This document shows positions 55,823 to 64,000 of a DNA stretch of 64,000 bases, one piece after another. The DNA lies in contig CAXNJO010000002.1 of assembly GCA_964202905.1 (NCBI GenBank), positions 576,001-640,000 of the forward strand. Direction: 5' to 3'. Under the pieces are notes generated by a model that did no database searches, was not told the DNA's origin, and worked only from the letters and a program-made list of their open reading frames with translations. A program made the translations under genes and the position numbers. Position 1 is the first letter of the stretch. Each line of letters opens with the position of its first letter. Source of the DNA: Polyangiales bacterium. GTDB taxonomy: Bacteria; Myxococcota_A; Polyangia; Polyangiales; JADJQN01.

Positions 55823-57212
55823 TCACACGATCGACGCGTCCGCCGGCCCCGCGGGGAAGCGCGCGAGCGCGTCGGGCCAGCCCGCGCGGCCCCGCAGCGA
55901 CGCGAGGTCTTCGTCGCCCGCGACGTGCGCCCGCGTGAGCCCGCCGACACCCGCGGCGCGCGCGAGCCAGCCGAACGCGTCGTCCGCGCGGCCGGTGCGC
56001 GCGAGCGAACACGCGACGTTGAAGGCGTCGCGCGCCGTGCCCGTGCGCCCGAAGAGCCGCTCGCCGAGCACGGCCGCCGCATCGAAGCCGCCCTCCCCGT
56101 GCGTCTCTGCGACGAGCGCGGCGTAGGCCGAATCGGGCAGCAGCGCCTCGACGCGCGGGTCGGTCATCGCCGCGAGGAGCCGGTCCCACCAGCGGCCCCG
56201 CGCGAGCGCCTCGCACAAGCGCGCGGCGACCTCGGGCGCGGGGCGCGCCGCGAGCTCCCGCGTGAAGGCGGCGGCCGCGTGCTCGTAGTGCCCGTGCTCG
56301 AAGTCGACGATGCCACCGAGGAGCGGATCCGCCTCGAAGCCTTCGGGCAGCGACGCGAGCAGCTGCGCGGCGCGCCCGTGGTCGTGCGCGGCGACCGCGA
56401 TCCACGCGAGCAGCTCGAGCGCGCTCGCCGTCACGACCGGCGTCCGCGCCTCGGCCCGCACGCCCTCGCCGAGCACACGCGCGCGCTCCAGGTCGCCCGC
56501 ATCGAGCACCGCACGCGCCGCGGCGAGCCGCTCGAGGAGGCGCGCCTCCGCACCGCGCTTCCCCTCCGCGCGGAGGCCCATCACGGCCTGGAACACGAAG
56601 AACGCGGCCATCGCAGCGCCGATGGGCGCGCGCGAGCGCCGCCGCACACACGAGCGCGCCGACGAGGATCGTCACGCGGAGCGCCCAGAGGCGGCCCCGG
56701 CCGGGCAGCACGAGATCGAAGAGCGACGCGACCACCTGCCCGCCGTCGAGCGGATAGACGGGGATGAGGTTCAGCAGCCCCCAGCCCGCGTTCACCCACA
56801 CGATCGAGGCGACGAGGTACTCGGCGAGCGAGAGGCGCATCTGGATCCCGTCGAACGAGAGGCCCAACGCGAGGCCGAGGAACAGCGTCCCGACCCCGAA
56901 CGAGATCCCGGCGACCGGCCCGGCCAACGACACGAGCAGCCGCTTGCCCGCCGACGGCGCGCCCCCCTGCGGCGCCCACGCGGTGAGCCCACCCATGCCG
57001 TACAGCTCGATCGAGGGCGCGAACCCGAACGCGCGGATGACGAGCGCGTGGCCGAGCTCGTGCAGCAAGACGCCGCTGAAGACGACGGCCAGCCAGACGG
57101 CCAGCCGCATGGGGCGCGCGAGCTCCGAGAGCTGCAGGAAGAGCGAGAGAAACCAGAAGCTCGGGCTCACGGCGACGGGGATGCCGAAGAGCCGAAATCG
57201 CAGCGCGCCCAT
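55823..57212 (-). CDS. Site-2 protease (M50) with a C-terminal TPR region, frameshift about 56625-56632
   Basis: LLHELGH, SLAGP, NLIPVYPLDGG; C-terminal FNVACSLAR TPR in another frame. Confidence 0.85.
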
Positions 57213-57329
57213 CGCGTACCCTAGCAGTCGGCGCGCGCCCGCGAGCACGCGTGTGAGGGTGGGATCGAAGTGATGGACCGCACGGTGGACGTCGCGAGCG
57301 GGGGCGCGCTCCGGTAGTCTCGCCGCCCC

Positions 57330-58970
<1,641 letters not shown>

Positions 58971-59128
58971 GCGGCACCGCGTGTGCGCCGCGTGCGCACC
59001 GCGCCGACAGACACGCCGCAGCCGGTGAGAACGATCACGCGCGGCACCGCGGAGGGGCCTGCTCGTGAGCGCCCGCACGAGGCATCGCGCGCGCCGCACC
59101 TATCCTCGCGACCTCAAGAGGCCATTTC

Positions 59129-60556
59129 ATGTCGCTGACTGACTCCATCCCGAACAACGTCGATCTCGCCTCCGATCCGAAGCTCCTCCGCGCCCTCGAG
59201 AAGTGGCAGCCGAGCTTCCTCTCCTGGTGGCGCGACATGGGCCCCGAGGGCTTCCAGGCGGACCGCGTGTGGCTTCGCACCGCGACCAGCGTCGATCCCG
59301 ACGGCTGGGCCCACTACGACTTCGTGAAGATGCCCGAGTACCGCTGGGGCATCTTCCTCACGCCCCAGCGCGGTAATGGCGTGATCAAGTTCGGAGACAA
59401 CGCCGGCAAGCCGACGTGGGATCAGGTCCCCGGCGAGCTGCGCGGCATCCTCCGCCGCATCATCGTCACGCAGGCCGACACCGAGCCCGCGAGCGTCGAG
59501 CAGCAGCGGCTGCTCGGCAAGTGCGCGCCATCCCTCTACGACCTGCGCAACCTCTTCCAGGTGAACGTCGAGGAGGGCCGCCACCTCTGGGCGATGGTGC
59601 ACCTGCTGCATCAGTACTTCGGCAAGGATGGGCGCGAAGAGGCCGAGGGGCTCCTCGAGCGTCGCTCGGGCGACAAGGACAAGCCGCGCATCTTGAGCAC
59701 GTTCAACGAGACCACCGAGGAGTGGCTCTCGTTCTTCATGTTCACGATGTTCACGGACCGCGACGGCAAGTACCAGCTCGCCTCGCTCGCGGAGTCGGGC
59801 TTCGATCCGCTCGCCCGCGCGACGCAGTTCATGCTCACCGAGGAGAGCTTCCACCTCTTCACGGGCGAGACGGGTATCGACCGCATCGTGAAGCGCTCCG
59901 CCGAGCTCACGAAGCAGGACCCGAACGGCGACGCGCGCGCGCAGGGCGGCATCGATCTGCCGACTGTGCAGAAGTGGATCAACTTCTGGTTCTCGAGCGC
60001 CGTCGAACTCTTCGGCGGCGAGATCTCCTCGAACGCCGCGGACTACTTCGCGACGGGTCTCAAGGGCCGCTACAAGGAAGACCAGTACGCCGATCACCGG
60101 GCACTCGAGGAAATCTACGCGATCGAAGCGCTCGAGAACGGCCGCATCACGAAGCGGGAGGTGCCGCTCCGCAACGCGCTCAACGAGGTGCTCCGCGACG
60201 AGTACGTCGCCGACTGCGAGCGCGCGGTGCGCAAGTGGAACCGCACGATCGCGGCCGCCGGACTCGCGTACGAACTGACGCTGCCGAGCCGTCGCTTCAA
60301 CCGCTCGATGGGCATGTACGCGGGGATGCACTTCTCGCTGACGGGTGAGCCGATCAGCGCGGAGGAGTTCGAGGCGCGCCGCGACGCGTGGCTCCCGACG
60401 CCCGAGGACCGCGCCTTCGTGAAGTCGCTGATGGTCCCGGTCTACGAGCCGGGCCGCTTCGCGAACTGGATCGCGCCGCCCGCGCACGGCGTGAAGGGCA
60501 CGCCTGTCGAGTACGAGTACGTGAAGTTCAACGGCGCGGGCGCCGACGCCGAGTGA
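59129..60556 (+). CDS. boxB: Benzoyl-CoA 2,3-epoxidase di-iron subunit
   Basis: IPNNVDL, TQADTEPASVEQQ, NLFQVNVEEGRHLWAM, DRDGKYQL. Confidence 0.94.
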   Translation: MSLTDSIPNNVDLASDPKLLRALEKWQPSFLSWWRDMGPEGFQADRVWLRTATSVDPDGWAHYDFVKMPEYRWGIFLTPQRGNGVIKFGDNAGKPTWDQVPGELRGILRRIIVTQADTEPASVEQQRLLGKCAPSLYDLRNLFQVNVEEGRHLWAMVHLLHQYFGKDGREEAEGLLERRSGDKDKPRILSTFNETTEEWLSFFMFTMFTDRDGKYQLASLAESGFDPLARATQFMLTEESFHLFTGETGIDRIVKRSAELTKQDPNGDARAQGGIDLPTVQKWINFWFSSAVELFGGEISSNAADYFATGLKGRYKEDQYADHRALEEIYAIEALENGRITKREVPLRNALNEVLRDEYVADCERAVRKWNRTIAAAGLAYELTLPSRRFNRSMGMYAGMHFSLTGEPISAEEFEARRDAWLPTPEDRAFVKSLMVPVYEPGRFANWIAPPAHGVKGTPVEYEYVKFNGAGADAE

Positions 60557-60653
60557 ACGGCCATTCAGCGCACTTGCACGGCGCGCGTCTCGCGCCGCGA
60601 TCGTCACGCACCTCGCCGCTCGCGTGCGTGCGCGCGCGGTTACGATGCGCGGG

Positions 60654-60953
60654 GTGAACGACCCGAGCGAGACGCGCGCCGACGACGATGTGCTCTCCGT
60701 CCACTTCGGACGCAGCGCCAACTGCTCGTCGATCGGCAGCGTGGTCGACGTGCTCTTCGTGAGCGGTGTCGTGGGGACGGCGATGCTCGCCTCGGTCGCG
60801 GTGCTGCTCGGCGGCGCGCGCGAGGCGGACGCCGACGCCGATCCCGACGCGGGCGCGACGCCCGAGGCGCGCGGCGACGCGCATCGCGCCACCTCGGGTG
60901 ACGTCGCGAACGACGCCGCGGCGCGCGGGCGCGACGGGGACGCACCGCCGTGA
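60654..60953 (+). CDS. 99-aa single-TM protein with an HFGRSANCSSIGS motif; putative radical SAM substrate
   Basis: TACGAT-N7-GTG start; hydrophobic segment; its TGA overlaps the GTG of the radical SAM gene. Confidence 0.7.
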   Translation: MNDPSETRADDDVLSVHFGRSANCSSIGSVVDVLFVSGVVGTAMLASVAVLLGGAREADADADPDAGATPEARGDAHRATSGDVANDAAARGRDGDAPP

Positions 60954-62224
60954 AGGTCCTCCGCGCGCGCCCGGAGCGCTTCGGCGCGATCGTCGCGACC
61001 GAAGCGCCACCCGCGCTGGTGTCGGTGGGGCGTGCCCTCGCGCGCACGCTCGGCGTCGAGGGCGGCGCGCTCTGGGACGGGCCGTCGCCGGGCCTCGCGG
61101 TCGAGGCGCTGACAGGCCCGACGGAGGTGCACGTCGCGGTGACCGAGCGCTGCCCCGCGGGCTGCACCAGCTGCTACGCGGACGCGACGCCGACGGGCTT
61201 CGAGCCGCCGTTTGCGGAGGTGCGCGCGCGCCTCGACGCGCTCGCCGCCGTAGGCGCGTTCTCGGTGGCCTTCGGCGGGGGCGAGGCCGCGCTGCGCGAC
61301 GATCTGCCGGAGCTCGCCGCGCACGCACGCGCGCTCGGCCTCGTGCCCACCGTGACGACGAGCGGCCTCGGCATGACGGCGGCGCGCGCGGCGCGCTTCC
61401 GCGTCTTCGCGCAGGTCAACGTGAGCCACGACGGCGCGGCGGAGATCTACCGCGGCGTGCGGGGCTACGACGGCGCGCCGATCGCCGAGCGCGCGATCGC
61501 GTTGCTCCGCGAGGCCGGCGTGCCCGTCGGCGCCAACACGGTGCTGACGCGCGCGAGTTTCCCGCACCTCGAGGCGACGGCCGCGCACCTCGAGTCGCTC
61601 GGGTGCGTGGAGCTTCAATTGTTGCGGCTCAAACCTTCCGGCCGCGGCCGCCTCGACTACCTCGCGAAGCGCCTCGATGCGGGGCAGATCGCGGCCTTCG
61701 GCGCGACGCTCGCGCGGCTCTCGACGACACACCGCCTCGCGGTGCGGATCGACTGCGCGCTCCTCCCCTTCCTCGCCGGCTCGGGTACGACGACGCCCGC
61801 GGACGTGCTTGCGTACGGCGTGATGGGCTGCGAGGCCGGGCGCTCGCTCCTCGCGGTGCGCGCCGACGGCCGCGCCGCGCCCTGCAGTTTCTGGGAGAGC
61901 GACGCGCGCGCCGTCGGGCGCGAGGCCAACGCCGGCGATGCCGCCGCGCCGACGACGCCGGACGACGCCCTCCCGCGCGCGTGGCGCGAGGACGCGACGC
62001 TCGGCGCCTTCCGCGGCTACCAGCAGTCGCTGCCCGAGCCGTGCGCGTCCTGCGAATTCCGCGCGAGCTGCCGCGGCGGCTGCCGTATCGTCGCCGGCGC
62101 GCTCGGCGCGTCCCCCTGGGCGCCCGACCCCGAGTGCCCGCGCGTGCGGGCGCACGCCCGACCCGATCTCGATGCGCGGCCTCGACCGCGCCCGATCCAC
62201 AGCGACGGAGAACCCACGACATGA
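60950..62224 (+). CDS. Radical SAM/SPASM domain maturase
   Basis: CPAGCTSC (CxxxCxxC), GGGE, CEAG..DG..PCSF, CASCEFRASCRGGC..PEC. Confidence 0.92.
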   Translation: MKVLRARPERFGAIVATEAPPALVSVGRALARTLGVEGGALWDGPSPGLAVEALTGPTEVHVAVTERCPAGCTSCYADATPTGFEPPFAEVRARLDALAAVGAFSVAFGGGEAALRDDLPELAAHARALGLVPTVTTSGLGMTAARAARFRVFAQVNVSHDGAAEIYRGVRGYDGAPIAERAIALLREAGVPVGANTVLTRASFPHLEATAAHLESLGCVELQLLRLKPSGRGRLDYLAKRLDAGQIAAFGATLARLSTTHRLAVRIDCALLPFLAGSGTTTPADVLAYGVMGCEAGRSLLAVRADGRAAPCSFWESDARAVGREANAGDAAAPTTPDDALPRAWREDATLGAFRGYQQSLPEPCASCEFRASCRGGCRIVAGALGASPWAPDPECPRVRAHARPDLDARPRPRPIHSDGEPTT

Positions 62225-62904
62225 GCGGACAGACGATCACGTTCCAGACCGCCTCGGGCCACGCGACCCCTGGCTACCTCGCGACCCCCGCCTCGGGCAC
62301 CGGCCCCGCCGTGCTGGTGCTGCAAGAGTGGTGGGGCCTCGTCCCCCACATCATGAGCGTCGCCGATCGCTTCGCAGCCGCGGGGTTCTTCGCGCTCGCG
62401 CCGGACCTCTACCACGGCGAATCGACGACCCACCCCGACGAGGCGGGCCGCCGCATGATGGCGCTCGACATCGCGCGCACCGGCGAGGATCTCCGCGCGG
62501 CCGCCGAGTACCTGCGCGCGCTGCCGGGCGTGTCGCCGAAGAAGGTCGGCGCGGTCGGCTTCTGCATGGGCGGCCAGCTCGCGCTTTACGGCTCTTGCGC
62601 GCACCCCGACATCATCGGCGCGCCGGTCGACTTCTACGGCGTGCACCCGAGCGTCACGCCCGCCGTAGAGAACCTCGCCGGCCCGGTGCTCGCGCACTTC
62701 GGTCGCACGGACGGCTTCGTGAACGAGCAGGTCGCGACCGAGCTCGTCGCGCGGATCCAGGCCGCCGGCAAGCAGATCGACGCGCACTTCTACGACGCGG
62801 GTCACGCCTTCTTCAACGACTCGCGGCCCGAGGCCTTCCACGCCGAGAGCGCGGCGCTCGCCTGGGATCGCACGATCGCCTTCCTTCACGCGCAGCTCGC
62901 CTGA
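62221..62904 (+). CDS. Dienelactone hydrolase family protein
   Basis: LQEWWGL, LAPDLY, GFCMGG, FYG, AGHAFFN. Confidence 0.93.
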   Translation: MSGQTITFQTASGHATPGYLATPASGTGPAVLVLQEWWGLVPHIMSVADRFAAAGFFALAPDLYHGESTTHPDEAGRRMMALDIARTGEDLRAAAEYLRALPGVSPKKVGAVGFCMGGQLALYGSCAHPDIIGAPVDFYGVHPSVTPAVENLAGPVLAHFGRTDGFVNEQVATELVARIQAAGKQIDAHFYDAGHAFFNDSRPEAFHAESAALAWDRTIAFLHAQLA

Positions 62905-63025
62905 AGGCGACGCGCACGCCGGTTCGCGCAGACGCGCGCGGGGGGTCGTGGCAGTGCGCCGCGGCCCTTTCGCGCGCGCGGCTTTCTCGCTTGACGCAGT
63001 GCGGCGAGCGGCACTAGCTTCCCAC

Positions 63026-63054
63026 TGAATCGCGGTTCATTGACCATCGGTCAA
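63026..63054. promoter_or_regulatory. Two adjacent palindromes downstream of a TTGACG-N18-TAGCTT promoter
   Basis: TGAA-N6-TTCA (63026-63039) and TTGACC-N3-GGTCAA (63040-63054). Confidence 0.5.
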
Positions 63055-63085
63055 CGAGCCCGCCGCCCCCAGCGAGGAGGATCCC

Positions 63086-64000
63086 GTGCCGCAGCCGCTC
63101 AATCGCTACAAGGCCGATCTCCGTGAGATCAAGTTCGTCCTCTTCGAGCAGCTGAAGCTCGGAGAGTTGCTCGAGGGCCGCTACGGCGACTGGGACGAGG
63201 AGACGACCAGCACGGTCATCGACGAAGTCTACCGCTTCGCGTGCGAGGTCAGCGGCCCGTACAGCGCGATCGGCGACCACGAGGGTTGCCGCCTCGAGGA
63301 CGGCGAGGTCAAGACGCCCACCGGCTTCAAGGCTGCGTGGGACAAGCTCTACGCCGCCGGCTGGAAGTCGCTCTCGGTGCCCGACGAGTTCGGCGGACAG
63401 GGCGCGCCGCGCGTGATCGCCGCCGCGGTCGAAGAGTTCCTCAGCGGCTCGAACACCGCGTGGAACATGTATCCCGGCCTCACCGTCGGCGCGGCCGAGG
63501 TCATCGCGCACTTCGGCACCGACCGTCAGAAGAAGCTCTTCGCCGCGCGCATGCTCGCGGGCGAGATTGCCGGCACGATGTGCCTCTCGGAGCCGCAGGC
63601 CGGCTCGGACGTCGGCGCCTCGACGACGACGGCGTACAAGCAGGCCGACGGCACCTACAAGATCAAGGGCACCAAGTGCTGGATCTCCGGCGGTGATCAC
63701 GACCTCGCGAACAACGTCGCCCACCTCGTGCTCGCGCGCATCGAGGGCGCGATGGCCGGCACGAAGGGCCTCTCGCTCTTCATCGTGCCGAAGCACCGCG
63801 TGAACGACGACGGCAGCCTCGGCCAGCGCAACGACGTCACCGTCGCGAGCATCGAGCACAAGATGGGGCTCAACGGCTCGGCGACGTGCGTGCTGCAGTT
63901 CGGGGACGAAGACGGCTGCCTCGGCGAGCTCGTCGGCGGCGCCGAGCACCAGGGCATGCGCCAGATGTTCGTGATGATGAACTTCGCGCGCATCGGCGTC
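63086..64000 (+). CDS. Acyl-CoA dehydrogenase, 3'-truncated by the window edge
   Basis: Read manually (absent from the ORF track): MPQPLNRYKADLREIKFVLFE..TMCLSEPQAGSDVG..KCWISGGDHD..EHKMG; GAGGAGG ribosome-binding site. Confidence 0.92.
   Translation, partial: MPQPLNRYKADLREIKFVLFEQLKLGELLEGRYGDWDEETTSTVIDEVYRFACEVSGPYSAIGDHEGCRLEDGEVKTPTGFKAAWDKLYAAGWKSLSVPDEFGGQGAPRVIAAAVEEFLSGSNTAWNMYPGLTVGAAEVIAHFGTDRQKKLFAARMLAGEIAGTMCLSEPQAGSDVGASTTTAYKQADGTYKIKGTKCWISGGDHDLANNVAHLVLARIEGAMAGTKGLSLFIVPKHRVNDDGSLGQRNDVTVASIEHKMGLNGSATCVLQFGDEDGCLGELVGGAEHQGMRQMFVMMNFARIGV

Noticed and set aside
60950..62224. Calling the radical SAM gene pqqE, mftC or boxA
   Set aside because: No pqq or mft neighbours or precursor motifs; no flavin/NADPH reductase domain as in BoxA.

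Overview
High-GC (roughly 70-75% by eye) chromosomal window from a myxobacterium, probably Polyangiales/Sandaracinaceae-like. The markers are cdnL, mglC, sgmX, a TIGR02266-type PilZ protein, DUF4388, CFI-box-CTERM and DLGP/DAG-linker lipoproteins. Most of it is core genome: rpsB-tsf-pyrH-frr, rng, hemDEG, folC-accD, aroQ-accBC, glgP, xth, acs, sahR-ahcY and two tRNAs. It also holds secreted/lipoprotein genes, an octaheme cytochrome with a coupled membrane partner, and aerobic benzoyl-CoA genes boxCB. I saw no mobile element or CRISPR array. The best candidate for an undescribed system is a translationally coupled cassette at 60654-62904: a 99-aa membrane-anchored protein with an 'HFGRSANCSSIGS' motif, a radical SAM/SPASM enzyme with an RRE-like N-terminus, and a dienelactone hydrolase. 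Other highlights are a tRNA-Leu with an AAG anticodon, repeated extended -10 boxes directly before start codons (leaderless mRNAs), and a palindromic SahR operator. At least six genes carry apparent frameshifts, mostly at homopolymer runs, which suggests long-read sequencing errors, so single-base claims need caution. All family assignments come from motif recognition, not database searches.
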